Of a stretch of 64,000 bases of DNA, positions 41,051 to 54,332 are shown piece by piece. The stretch lies in assembly GCF_009914755.1 (NCBI RefSeq), contig NC_060927.1, one strand, 5' to 3'. The notes below the pieces were generated by a model. The model was not told where the DNA came from. It saw nothing but the letters and a program-made list of their open reading frames with translations, and searched no databases. The position numbers and the translations under genes were made by a program. Every line of letters starts with the position of its first letter. Position 1 is the stretch's first letter. This DNA is from the human T2T-CHM13v2.0 reference genome, Homo sapiens.

Positions 41051-43172
41051 TATGAATGAGCCGTTTGGATACTGCATTGAACAATCCATTCGATCCCATT
41101 TGTTGAATATGAACTTAGTCTGGTATTTTCAATAGTACCAAGTTAAAATATGGCTTCTTACAAGGCAAAGGCAACCTATAAAATATAAGAGTTGCTTTAA
41201 TATTGTTCCCTATGGCTTGTGTCTCTTTCAGTAAGGCAACCTATATAAATAAAACATTTTCAGTTTAGAGAAAAGGAGTGGGAGTGGGGTGAGGACAGGG
41301 CTTATTTTTCACTCCATAGCTTAACTCTTTGGCTCTGAGATGATCTGATGACTTGGCAGTTGGCAGTTAGCTGATGGCATCAGCTTTTTAGAAGCCAGAG
41401 CAAGACAACATTTCAAAGAAGATAGGAGAGTAGTAGTTGGCTCTGGCTATAAAATTCAGTTTTTAACTTTGGTTTCTGATCGCCTACAATGACCATAGTC
41501 CCCTTTTCCCTCTTTGCTCCCAAACAAAGCAGAGATGGAAGTTCTGTAGGGTTCAGGGACTAGTTAATTCTTCATGTCGGCTCAATGCATTTTGGAAGAG
41601 GATCTGAGAAATAGCCACCTTATGTGACCTCCTGAATAAAACTTACTCATATAGGGTAAGTAAGGAAATGCGTAAGTAAGGAAATCTAGTAGATTTAAGG
41701 CATTGCCTCAAGTTCTCTCAGATATAAATACATTTGATGCCTTGGCCTGGCGCTCAAGTACTTTACACATGAACAGGGGAAACAGCATATTCTTATGCAA
41801 CACTATATTTAATGCAATCACCAATGTAAGCTCAATTAGCACAAGGACTCTCTTAATCAATTAATTAATCTGACAAACAAAGTATACACAAGATCTGAAA
41901 CTGTGTGGTGTGGATTTGATCGAACAAGGTATGAGGTTTGTACTTAAAGATCTTACCGTCTAGTTAGAGGGAGGCAAATAAACAGGTAATTATGATGCAG
42001 TCTCTAACAGAAGGTGCTAACTCTGCCTGAGGGAGTCAGGTGAGGCCTTAAATCTGAGTGTGTTGACAGACTTGTGTCTTTGTAAGGTCTACGTGGTTGT
42101 TGCAAGCAGATTGCATTGGAAGAATTCTGCTGGTGTTGAAAAGGAAAGGATGAATACTGAAGGCATTTTAAACTTTAGAAGGTAAAGGACGGCTTGCAGG
42201 TCTCTGTAACTTACGACGTAGAGAATCAGAGGAGAGGAAAAGTCTATGGTGATTCTAAGGCATAGAACTGACTGGGTGCCCAGTAGAATGGTGGTGTCAT
42301 GACACAGAAGGAAAACATAATGATGACCAACTAATTTTGGCTTTCAGAGTAGGATAAGTTTACAGTTTACAGGTTAAACTTGAGATGTAATTTCTAAGTG
42401 TATATTAAGTAATTTATAGCTAAAGCTGTTGGGAATTTTTTACTGGGCCTTTACTCTCTGTATCCACTAACAATAGCTAACATGTTGAAATATATAAAAT
42501 TAAAGTGTATTTTGTATAAACTTGGGAAGGATTATCAGAATATATTAGAAATATATTATCAGAATATGTTATGTCAGAATATGTTAAATTAAAGGTATTT
42601 GCTACTGATATTAATAGAGATGTAAATTAAGGGGATGTGGAAATGCTAATGAATGAGTAAAGTGAGAAAAGTTAAACTAAAAAATTAAAGTAATTCTCTC
42701 TCAGAAGTCCTTTGTGACAAAAATAATCAATTTCCCCAAATTCTCTTACCTTTACTTCTTGAAAGTCTTTCAAATCTGTCTCCTTGTCTTCAACCATATT
42801 TCCATTGGTTTAGCTAAAGCCTTCCCTCCCCATTCTGGGTTAATAAGAATCTATTAAGTTTCCATCTCGCTTCCAGTCTCATTACCCCCGTCCACTTTCC
42901 ACACTGTTATTTGAATGATCATTAGAAAGGACACATTATTATATTACACCCTTTGTATAAATGCATCCACTGGCTCTCTCTCTTCTCTAGCATCTTAGCG
43001 CTCTCTTAGATTCCGATATTTTTACTTTTCACCCCACATAATTGTACACACACGGACTTTCCATATTAAGGTCTGTACTTTTTGAGTCTAGGGACAATGT
43101 CTTATTCATTTCTGCATTTCCTAGGTCTAGAACCATATCCTTCTCTTATTATATTCTTGATAAGTGTGGGTT

Positions 43173-43536
43173 TATTATGGGCTGAATTTGGCTCCTTGAA
43201 TTCATATGGTGAAGCCCTAATCCCAATGTATGTGGAGATGGGACCCTTAAGAAGGTAATTAAGGTTAAATGAGGTCATAAACTTGAGGTCCTAATTCAAT
43301 AGGACTGGTGTTCTCACAAGAAGTGGCAGAGACACCAGAAGTAGTGCCTGTGCCAAAAGGAAAGACCATGTGAACACACAGAGAAGGTGCTGTCTGCAAG
43401 ACGAGAGGCCTCATCATATATGAACAATGTTGGTACCTTGCTCTTGGACTTCCAGAACTGTGAGAAGATAAATTTCTGTTGTTTAAGCCACTCAGTCTGT
43501 GGCACTTTGTTAAAGCAGCCCAGCCAGACTAATACA
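43173..43536 (+). mobile_element. MLT1A-like solo LTR
   Basis: Ends 'ccagactaataca'. Perfect 5-bp TSD gggtt (43168-43172 and 43537-43541). Confidence 0.85.
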
Positions 43537-44416
43537 GGGTTGAATTGGGCAGATGTGATGGATCATGTCTAGTACATATTTGCCATGAGAGGTCAATATC
43601 AATCTCTCTAGGTTTCTTGGCATTGCAGGTCATCTCTAAGTTCATGTGACAAAAATAGATCAGTAAGAAATTGTTCTTAGCTGAGGACTCAAGGCTGATA
43701 TTAGGTTTGTTTGAATACTAATAAACAGTCAAGTATTTTTTAAAGAAATGCACTCTAAGAGGGGCTTTTGAAATTTTTCCTGCACAAACTCCTGGGATGT
43801 GAAGATGACCTAAGGAAAGTTGATGCTGTTAGGGGAAAGAGCAAAAGAAGAATTACTGGGAATCCAAGAGTATGTCCATATATGTCAGGACCCATAGGGT
43901 TTTATAGGCTCATGAATCAAGCGTGTGGCATCCTGATTTTGATTTAAGATTATCCACTGGGGAGCAGATTTTCTTTGAACTTTGCTTAAGCCTTCATGAA
44001 CAAAGAGATCCTTCAGATATGCACTGTGAACTTCCTGATATAGTAACATGGGTCTCTTGGGGATGGTTGTTTCACATAATTTACCACATGCACAGACTGG
44101 ACACACACCACTGCTCACTGTAGCCCAAACAGTATTTAGAGAGGTGCTGCTAGCAATCTGGCCTTCTGCTTTCAGCTTGGTGGCTGCTCCAAAGTTATTC
44201 AGAGAGTTAAGATGGAAAGAAAACCAGAGAATTACAAAGAAAAAAACAAGGATAAGGGGCTTCATTAAGCTACCTCACAAATGATGAATCCCCAAACCAA
44301 AAATTAGTAGGAAGTATCAAAGCCGAGTCTTACCTTCACAGTTGCCATAACTTTTTAACTTCTGCTGTGCATTTCTTTATCTGATTTATTTCATCAACTT
44401 GGTCAAATTGTGCGTC

Positions 44417-44442
44417 TGTGTGTGTGTGTGAGAGAGAGAGAG
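44417..44442. repeat. (TG)7(AG)6 compound microsatellite
   Basis: Seen directly. Confidence 0.85.
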
Positions 44443-45804
44443 TTGGAGCTCTCTTCTATAATGATGTTTGTGATGTTACTCTCTTTTATTATGAGCATAA
44501 TGCTTATTTGCATGATTTATCATTTTCAGTATGCTTTCTCAGCTTCTCTATTATTTGCTTCATACATTGGCCACATTAGGTTACTGCAAGGACAGCAATT
44601 GTTTTATTTAGTACACTGCTTAATGCTACACAGCCCAGCACTCTCCAAGTTTATCCATCAATGATTCATCCAATGATTATGATAGGTTTAGAGAAATGAA
44701 AATTCTGGACATCTTTCAGATAAAAGACCAAACAATTCCATAGGGATGCTTTTATAACATTTGAACTGTAGGGAACTCAGATAATTAAGACAGCACATGG
44801 TTTTATACTGGTTCTTTGGTCTTATTTCATGATTTTGTCATTTGTTAAATTTTGCTTTGGTTTTTGACTTTGAGTTTCATCTCTTCTTAAAACAACTGAA
44901 TGTTATCCATTAGGCCCAGGTGACAAAAGGATGTTTGATCTCTTGTCAATGAGAAATCTCAGAAAACCACAATCTATGTAATTATTTTGTGTGATATGCA
45001 GCTGGAAGTTTGAAAAAAAAAAGTTAGTGTCTAACCGTTTCTGTGGTTCCCTGACAATAAGTAGTGGTGATGCTATCAATTTCTTTACCTTAACCTATCT
45101 TAGTTCATTGCTTTGGTTGAAATTCAGCCCAAATAGAAAACTGTTTCATTAGGTAGGGTTGTATATCATAATATGTGTATAGGAGACACCACTGATGTGA
45201 CATAGCCCATCCTTGAAAGTATGAAATAATTTTTCTATGCATTTACAATATATTTTCTGTAAGAAGAGAAGTATGGGAAGGAATAGAAAGTACACTATGA
45301 GTTAATTTAGTATTGTCTGTTAATATCGGGGCTATGCTTGAAAGCTTGCAGCTGACACTGAAACCATGAAGTAAAGCAACCATCTTGGTTTATTTTATCA
45401 GCAATTAAATACATTTTGTTGCCCAGAATTTGGCTTAATGTTGGAAAAAACCCCCCAAACTAGAGTTAATTGAATTCCATAAATCAATTAAAATGTGATA
45501 TTAATATCAATGGTAGGAATGTCTATGGTGTTATAGCAATTTATGAGGACTTTTGCAGTCTATATTTTTTGTTGCCATTAACAAAGCCCACAGATTCTGA
45601 TGTTTGCATAAAACAATATTTGAAGAAAGGAGGGAGAAAGTGATTGTTTTTACTTTCACTTGATCTTCCGGCTCAATTACACTTCAAGGTCAATGATGCT
45701 ATAAAATAAGCTAAAAATAGCTTCGTAGGCATAGGAGATCATCCAAAAGGTGTGTGGATTTCAAACCAACCCAAAGAGAAGGTAAGATTTCTTCCGCTAA
45801 GTGA

Positions 45805-45822
45805 TGGCCACCAGATGGCTGT
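45805..45822 (+). promoter_or_regulatory. Strong CTCF-like core motif
   Basis: TGGCCACCAGATGGCTGT. Motif match only. Confidence 0.5.
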
Positions 45823-47484
45823 GCATCTCAAGGAATGGAGGGAGGACGTCTCTTCTGGACCAGAACTGCCAAAGTCCACCATGAGCACTACCTCTCTGCT
45901 CTAAATCAAAGAGACAGGGATGAAGATCTGAAAGCGTTTAAATATTTCAAATCTTGCAGAAAACCTTGGAGAAACAATCTTGCCAACTGCAAATGTGTGA
46001 TTGCTGAGATTGAATCCTGGGTGATTCTGAATGGAATATTTATTAGCTTTTAAATCTTGTGAAGCCAGGGCTGTCCTTCTCAGAACACAGGCTGTAGCCC
46101 TTTATGTGGCAAGGTGTGAGTCTCTATTGCAGGGGCTCTTCTTCTGAATTCATATTCTCTCCTTAGGTGATCATATTGACCCCTGTGATTTCAATCTACA
46201 CCCATGATTATGACCTATAGCTCTATCTGCTACCTACTCAATATCTTCATTTTAACATGTTTCACAGAAGTCTTTAATTTCACAGACCTCACACTTCACT
46301 CTAATGCTTGGTCCCCTGCAACCCACAGTGTTTCCAGTGTTTGCCAGTTTATCATCCAGCCAATCCCTAAAACTAGAAATCTGGGAGTCATTTTTTAAAC
46401 TCCTCTCTCTTCTTCACTCCTAATATCCTTTAAATCTTAGGGCTTGTTCATTCTCTAAGTTTTTTTTTGCTACCGTTACTGCTTTTACTCTGCCTTCTTC
46501 CCCAGCCCATGGTTTTGCACAGAACGTCTAAATAATATCTTTGATTTCATTCTTGCTCCATTCCTATGTATCTTCTGTAGTCAGTGACCCTTAAAAATGT
46601 AAATCAGATGGTGACACTTTTGATCTTACCTTGATCACTACCACTCTCTACTGAACCTCTATGAGGCAGTCACACTGATTCTCTTTCCATTTTTGTTTTG
46701 TTATTTGCAACCTCGATGCCTTGGACCATAATGTTACCACTGTTTGGGATGTCATTTCTCTCCTTTTTATTCCCCTCCTCTAAGTAGGATCTTGTCTTTC
46801 AAAACTCACCTCAAATATCACTTGCTCAGAAAGCTTTCCCTAACTCAGAAAACTAGGTTAAGGCCTCTGTTTTATTATGTGCTACTTCCCCGATGTTGTA
46901 CTTATCACATCGGTAATCACTTGTTCATTGTTTCTTGCTAAACTTTTAGTGCCATGAAGAAAAATGACCACGTCTGTCTTGGCCATTGCTATATCTTCTG
47001 TGTGTAGCACAGTGCCTAGGATATAGTTGTCATTCAATATGTATTTGTAGAATGGATTACCTCATGAATGCAAATATTAGTGAGAATTGAAAGAATGAAC
47101 TAATAGACATAATTTAATTCTTTTAAATGGTGGCCATTTGGGTAGAGCATTTTGGGTGGTGTAGGAACGGAGTGGGCATGCTTCAACACTCTACTATAAA
47201 GGAAGAATGTGGAGCCTGGTTAAAAGCACTCTAACCACATTTCTTCTGGAATATGCCCTGGGTCTGTGATCTTCCTGTAGTGGTCAGGGAAGTCTTACTA
47301 GTTCCTGATCCTGGCGCAGCGAGGAAGGAAGGAGCTTGAGAGTAAATGTGTGGTTGGCTCACTATTTTATTACTGGACTTAAGTCAGTTGTGTTAAAGGG
47401 CAGTAATATGACAAAAAGAGGCCCTTTGTCTCTTTTTCTGCAGGAACTTGGCAAAGGAACATAATGTATATGTAAAGTCTAAAG

Positions 47485-47727
47485 TAATGCCATTTAATAG
47501 AACTTTCTGTGATAATGGAAATGTTTTATATCTATACATCTGTTATAGAAGCCATTACTCATATATGCCTTTTGGGCAATTCAAATGTAGTAAATGCAAA
47601 TTAGGAGCTGAATTTTTTATTTTGCTTAATTTCAATGAATATTGAAATTTAAATTTCAGCTAATTTATATTTAAATTTAAATAGCCATACATGGGTAGTG
47701 ACTACTGTATTAGACTGTATTAGATAG
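47485..47727. mobile_element. MER3 (hAT-Charlie) DNA transposon
   Basis: 'aatagaactttctgtgataatggaaatg...aaatttaaatagcca'. 8-bp TSD gtctaaag / gtctagag. Confidence 0.8.
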
Positions 47728-48566
47728 GTCTAGAGGATATGAGTTTTGTTGAGATGAAGATGGCAGAGCACATAGAATGTTTTGTTCTGAAGTTGCCCTG
47801 CATTACAAAGAATCTGAGTTATGAATTTGACATGCTTTTATTTATAGTGATGCTCCCTTTCCAACAAGAATGTTAAAATAAAATCTTTCTGGATAAGAAG
47901 TAAGATGTGGATTTCTTTTGAAAAGAAAATGTAAGGGACTTGCTTCTAAGCCTAGCTTCTTCTCATTCTTGGAGTGTGCTATCATCTTCTAATTCAGTAC
48001 AGTGGCTTTCACTTCCCATCAGATAAAAAGAGATGCCTCAAACCAATTCCGAAAGCTACTTTTGGAAAAGCATTGGTTGAGTTTTCATCCTGACTCCTAG
48101 GATAACAAATAGTAAGTCTTCAAACAAAGCAGCAGCTATGCGAATTCTAGAATTTTGATATGTATTGTTAATGTTGGTATCGTACCACTTGATGCTTTTA
48201 TGACATGTATCATGACATCAAGTACTGCACAAAATTAAATTCACATTCTAACACTTGTTTAAGTTTAGTTGGTTAGGATAGTGCTGGCTTAACATTTTTA
48301 ATGTATTTAGTACATGAAAAGTACATAACATTCTCCTTTGTGTACATAGTACACATATAAAATTCAAGCCTGTGTTTGCACAGCATATGAGGGTAAATGG
48401 ATAAGCCAGGACATGGCTACAGGAGGCTGGCCCAATGGCTTTAAAGGATCTGGGCTCTGCCTAGCTCTGCTGAGGGCTGTGGAAATTGTTAATTCTGCCC
48501 AACTGTAACCCATTTGTCACACTGTAGTTGGTAAACTCTGTTGACTTGGTGCTCAGGTGTTGAGAT

Positions 48567-48725
48567 AATGCTTCCTAAAGTTTAATGTGCATATGAATCA
48601 CCTGGGCATTCTGTTAAAAGGCAAATTCTGACTCAGCAGCCCTGTGACTGGGCCTGAGATCCTGCATTGCTAACAAGTTCTCAAGTGATTCTAATGCTGC
48701 TGGACTTCACTGTGAGTAGCAACGT
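48567..48725. mobile_element. MER5-type DNA transposon
   Basis: 'gaatcacctggg...aaattctgactcag...gggcctgagatcctgcattgctaacaagttctc'. Confidence 0.75.
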
Positions 48726-49445
48726 GCTAGGGCATAAATTTGATTTCATTTTGATTAGTTTTACACTGAAACATCTTCCTCCATCACTACAAAACTTATT
48801 CTTCAGTCCTGATGACTATGATGTTGTGGTATCAGTCCAGGTAAAAGTGAATAAAAATTTTTATTTAAACTTGTTTCTGGGATTAGAAAAATATAGCTCA
48901 ATATACACTGAGAGGAAGTTGGTAGCTATGTATTTACATTTCTCTTTTTGAGGTAATCTTTAGCAGTAGAGGAGTTGCTTCATACCTACTGTGATCTCAC
49001 ACAATTTATATAGTGACATATACAACTTCCAGGCTTTCATATTCCGTTACATCTCTCAATACTTGTGAATTTTCTAAAATGCTTCCTTGAATTTGATGCC
49101 CTCGGGAGAAAGGTCTATATCCTCATAACCACACTTGTGACAAATTAGCCCAAGCTTCTGGATTATCAAACTTTTCTTCAGTTCTCATCATGCTCTTGTA
49201 AAATTATGACCTCAAGCTTTAACTTTTTGGTCTATTGCTTATACAGTAAAGCAAGCAAACAAACAAAATCAAGTGCCATGCACATGCACAGATAAATATA
49301 AACATATGGATCAGCACACACTTGTGGAAATTTAAACCAATATTAGTGGGAAAGAAATATAAACAAATATTATGATTATTAATACAAATTAGTAACCAAT
49401 TAGGTATAAATATGCACTCTCCAGTGTCTTCTTAATTTCAGATTA

Positions 49446-49552
49446 AGGTGACCTCCAATCAATAGCCAGCAAAAAGCCAGGGCCCTAAGTATTATACCTA
49501 CAAGGAAAAAATTTCTATCAACAACTTCAATGAATTTGGGTGCAGATTTTTA
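49446..49552 (+). repeat. 107-bp direct copy of 52365-52471
   Basis: Manual alignment gives 103/107 identity with no gaps, offset 2919 bp. Confidence 0.95.
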
Positions 49553-51231
49553 AACATAAATTTTAGGTAATTCCCACAAGGACCTCTTTTTGCTGCCTTA
49601 CTTTTTTTCTCCTCCCCTTTCTTATATGAAATAAGATGGTTACTTTGGTAATTGATGAATAATTTATTACAAAATTTGTTTTAGCAGCTAAAATAATGGT
49701 GCATGTAAATATTGGTATCTACATTGATAAAAGCTTCTTAGAGTTGACATTGGGATGTGCTAGATTTGAAGTAGATTTTTATCATTCTCTGACAATTTTC
49801 TCAGATAATACAAAACCAATTAATGCATCCCTGATTAGTTTTTGACAGAGGTTTTCTTTGAAAGATAACACAGCTTAAATTCACAGAGCTTCTTCCCTTA
49901 AGGAATTTAGATTGCTCATTCTTTCCTTACCAATAATTTAGTTTCATTTTAATTTCTTAAAACCTGTTTCTTTACTTGCCCTGCCTAGCCCAGTTTACAG
50001 TAGTGCCCCACCTGAGACTCTGGGGTGGGCCAGCGTGTGTTTTAACCAGCCCCGCCAACCATCCTCGTGTTTGAGCAGCATGGATTTATACCACCACTCC
50101 ACACTGGGCTGCCTCAGCAGAAACCTGGAGAAAATTCTTCTAAGTCCTTTCTTTTACCTCCTGTATTAAATTCATTTGCTCAAGCCTCAGACATAGCTCT
50201 CAAAAATCCTTTTTTCCCTCTCTGTTTCGATGTCCACTGTGTTAGGTCAAGTCCTTATAATTTTTCTCCTGGTCCATGGCAGAGGCCTCTATCAGGTATC
50301 TCTGCTTCCTTTGTCACCTCCCCCACTCCAGTCCATTCTCCATACTGTGATTAGAGTAACCCTTTAAAACACACTTAGGCTTATTATACCATTCCTGGCA
50401 AGATCCCTTATGTGAAACTGAGTTCTGTGTGAAAGAGTCCATGGTTGTGGGCATAGCCAGTAGACCTGTTCTCCACTGACTCCTCCTAACCTTGGGGGGT
50501 CTTACTTTGATATCCTATCTTTCCTTTCCTTCACTTGTATCCCAGGCTGTAATTACTCTGAGCCACTTTAGATTTCTCAAATGTGATCTATTCTCTTATT
50601 TTTTTCAGGCATTTCTTATGCTGCTCTCTCTACTTGACTTTCTTTCTGTACTTGGCATTCTCCTATTGACTCCTCAAGATCCATTTCACAAGTCACTTTA
50701 TTTCTGGAACATTATATTACTCTCGTTCATCTTTCTCAGCATAATTAATTACTTCTTCTCTGTATTCCCAAAGGCCTATGTACATAGTTCTTTTATAGGA
50801 CTTACCACTAAATAAAATTTATGAATGCATGTGTGTTTTCCCTAAGGATTTAAAACCTCTGAAGGCAAGGATCAGCTTTATTCATCTTTGTATCTCATGC
50901 TCCTGGCACTTAGTAAAATGCTCTGTAGTTGAGTGTTGAACTGGGTGTGCCAAGCCTTGTTTTTTTCATTAATATATAAGGCAGAACATGTCATCTTTGT
51001 TTTATAGAAGAAGGGAGAGCTCTTACTCCACAGCCATAAGCAGGTCAGTCAATGACCTCAGAAGGAGCTGGGTATATGTAATGCTGAAAAGTTGATCCTG
51101 GTTCATGGTGAACAGCAGCCCTATCCCCTTCCCTGAAGTTATCTGTCTGTCTTCTACCCCATTAGCCTATTAGCTTCCGAGGCAAGTACCATGTCCTTGT
51201 CTCTCTTATCTTCGTGTCCCTAGATCCTAGG

Positions 51232-51832
51232 AGTATTCATTTTTTACGAGTACTGTGACAAATTTCCACACTCTTGAACACATGGAAGTGGATTCACTGG
51301 GTGTCACCTTAGGATCGGTCTGCCAAGCTGCCCCCAACACCAAAATCAACCATCAGGCCATTAATGGCTTAATACTTCTGGAGGTCAGAAATTATAAATA
51401 GTGATAACTGGGCTTATATCAGGGTATTGGCAGGGCTGAACTCCACTTTGGAAGCTCTAGGGAAGAATTCAAATTCTTGTCTTTTCCCGGCTTTTAGAGC
51501 TTGCCCACATTCCTTGGCTTGTTGTATCATTCCATCTTCAAAGCCAGCAATGACCAACTGAATCCTTCTCACATCGTTTCATTCTGACACTGTCTCTTCT
51601 GCTCCCTTCTTTCATTCATAAGAACGCTTGTGATTGTATTGAACCTACCTGAATAAATCAGGATAATCTCTCTATCTCCAGACCAGCTGATTTGCAATCT
51701 TAATTTCATCTGCAACCTAAATTCCCCTTTGCGATTTATTTGATAATATTCACAGATTCTGGAAATCAGGAACTAGACATTATGTTTTTCTAGTGATGGT
51801 GGTTGGGGGATGACATTATTCTGTATTCTATA
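51232..51832 (-). mobile_element. MLT1 solo LTR (carrying an 85-bp foreign insert) nested in an L2 tail
   Basis: MLT1 motifs 'ttctggaggtcagaa', 'gaagctctagggaagaattc', 'cacattccttggctt'. L2 3' end continues on both sides. Confidence 0.75.
51275..51359 (-). repeat. 85-bp inverted copy of 52018-52102
   Basis: Manual alignment to the reverse complement gives 74/85 identity with no gaps. Confidence 0.92.
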
Positions 51833-52046
51833 CTAGCATAGGGCCTGGCTCATATCAAGAGATCAATAAGCTTTGCAGAATGAATGGACAGGGTCTGTAG
51901 GGAGTGTGGCTTGGCTATAGGCAGTCAGAATGACTTTGAAAGCAATGGTGATTGAAGAGGAATTGGAGGATGCTGAGGGAGAAATTTCTTGGTAAGAGTG
52001 GAGTGTTTCAGCCATAGGGCCTGATGGTTGATTTTGGTGTTAAGGG

Positions 52047-52640
52047 CAGCTTGGCAGGCTGACCCTCAGGTGACACACAATCAATCCACTTCCTAGTGTT
52101 CACAGCTGTGTGTAATACTCTCCCTTTGGCTTTGGGCAGGAACTATTAGTTGCTTCTAGGCAATAACATGAGACAATGAGATGGCACTTTCATGCTTAGG
52201 TATTTACATAGCAAAGGTGATGGATGTCATTTCTGTGACTGCTATAGATTATATGAGTTCTGGAACTGGAGACTCCTTGTGGGCCTGATGAAGTAAGCAG
52301 TCATGTTGGAGAAGCCAACACTGCAGGGAGCCTTTAGGAATAATGGGAAGCTTCCGGGACCTGGAGGTGACCTCCAATCAATAGCCAGCAAAAAGCCAGG
52401 GCCCTACGTATTATAGCTACAAGGAAGCAATTTCTATCAACAACTTCAATGAATTTGGGTGCAGATTTTTACTCATTTGAGCTTCCAGATGAAAATGCAG
52501 CCCAGCAGCTTTGTAAAACCCTGAGCAGGGGACCCAGTTAAGCCATGCCTTGACCTAAGGAAACTGTGAGATAATAAATGTTTTGTTTTAAGCTACTGAG
52601 ATTGTGGTAATTTGGATTCGGCAATAGAAAACAAATGCCA
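52047..52640 (+). mobile_element. MLT1E-like solo LTR
   Basis: 'cttcctagtgttcac...gtgtaatactctccc', 'aggaaactgtgagataataaatg...tttaagctac...gcaatagaaaac'. Confidence 0.75.
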
Positions 52641-54241
52641 GCAATTTGGGAATTACGGAATAGATGGCAGTAGGAGCTGCCCTGCTCAGGCTTATGGGGG
52701 AAAGAGTTCTTGACTGTATGTTTACCTCCATTTTACAGCTGGAACTAATGACGACGAGCAAGCCGAAACTCATTACTCTTGATTCAATGGTTAGTGAAAA
52801 AGATGGGAAGAGAATGTATTATTCTGACTTCTGCTGGAATTCCTTCCAACCCTTCCTGGGGCCATTGATTCTCTTGGAATTGAAGTTCATAGCAGGAGAC
52901 TTTGCTTCATTAATCCTCACAGCAGAGCTCTAAAAGAAGTCTTCTGGAAGCCTTGTTGGGATTCTGTTTTCTTTCAAATAGAGTCACAGAGTCACAGAGA
53001 GATCCCACCTAGCTAAAAGTTACAGTAAAGATTTAGGTAAATAGCTGGGCATGGAATGAATAAGATTAATTATGCTTAGCAGTTATTATAATTACATGCA
53101 GGCTTTTGAATATACTGCTTAACATTCCTACACTACTTAAAAAATTATCTATAAAGATCAGTCAAAACTCAGCTTTAAAAAAATGTATTTGAAGGATCTA
53201 TTTTAAATTTATCAATAATATTTAGGTGAAGATTTTAACACATGTAAATGATTTCAAAAATTCTTTGACCTAACCACTTTCCTCATTTCACAGGTAGAGT
53301 TATTGAGTGTGGAAAGATTAAGTGAATTTTCCCACATGGTTACACAGCTAATTCTTACTAATCCAGTTTCCAAGATTAGAGTTTCATATTGTTTTCACCT
53401 ATAAACTCTACAATAGGGATTTATGGAAGATAGTAACAGTGCACTAAGTTCACACTCCTACCTTAAACAGAACCACATATATCTTAAGCATCTCAGACCC
53501 ATAATTATCTGTTTTTCTAAATAATCCTAAAGGAGGTAATATTCCTTGGTGCTTTAGCTTCAACTTCAATTAATGTCTACTGGCATTTTAAATAATCATC
53601 ATCCTTATATTCCTTGGTTAGGTATTGGTTATGGTCTGAGGTGTGGTACAGGCCTGTAAATTCTTTTGTTTTGGGTGGGACCAAGGACAAGGGGATTGAG
53701 GTTATATCATCTTTGCCTGAGTTGGGGCACCAGGTAGAAATCTGTTGCAGATGACTTGCCCAAGAGCATACAGCTAATTAGTGACAGGCTTAAAACTTGG
53801 AAGCTCTTAAATATCACAACTATTATTTGTTTGTTTGTTTTTCTTGATTTTGTATATTTGCTACTGCTACACTGTTTATCTACCACACTCGGTCATTGCC
53901 ACAACACAATACACACACACATACACATCTTTGCTCTTCTACTAACTTCCTGGAGTTGGTGGTGGTGCTGATAGTCATGGCATACGTCCACAAAAATATT
54001 TTGAATGCTCATAATAGCGGCAGTGTGGTTAAGTAGAAGAATCAGGTTTTGACTTACTACAGGGAAACTGAATCTTCTGAGTCTCAGTGTCCTCATCTAT
54101 AAGCTGAAAGCAAAGAGTTAATAGTGAGAATAGGTGTGGGAGCCTCCTGGGGCAAGGCTGGGATGGTGGGGTCCAGTGTTTATGTTGCTGGGAGTATGGC
54201 TACCTTGGAAGTCGCAAGTGCTTTGTATATTCCAAAGTGTT

Positions 54242-54283
<42 letters not shown>

Positions 54284-54332
54284 GTGATATATATAGTGAT
54301 ATATAATGATATATATATTTAGTGATATATAC
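54242..54332. repeat. (TC)n(TA)n microsatellite followed by degenerate (TAGTGATATA) repeats
   Basis: Seen directly. Confidence 0.9.

Noticed and set aside
41168-41245. 13-bp direct repeat aaggcaacctata 65 bp apart
   Set aside because: No poly-A or element between the copies; could be chance or a tiny duplication.
41656-41685. gtaagtaaggaaat twice (donor-like)
   Set aside because: Small tandem duplication with no matching upstream exon evidence.
43885-44265. 126-aa minus-strand ORF with signal-peptide-like start
   Set aside because: The hydrophobic start comes from an A-rich tract, the Kozak context is weak and no domain is recognisable. Its length is within chance for 64 kb.
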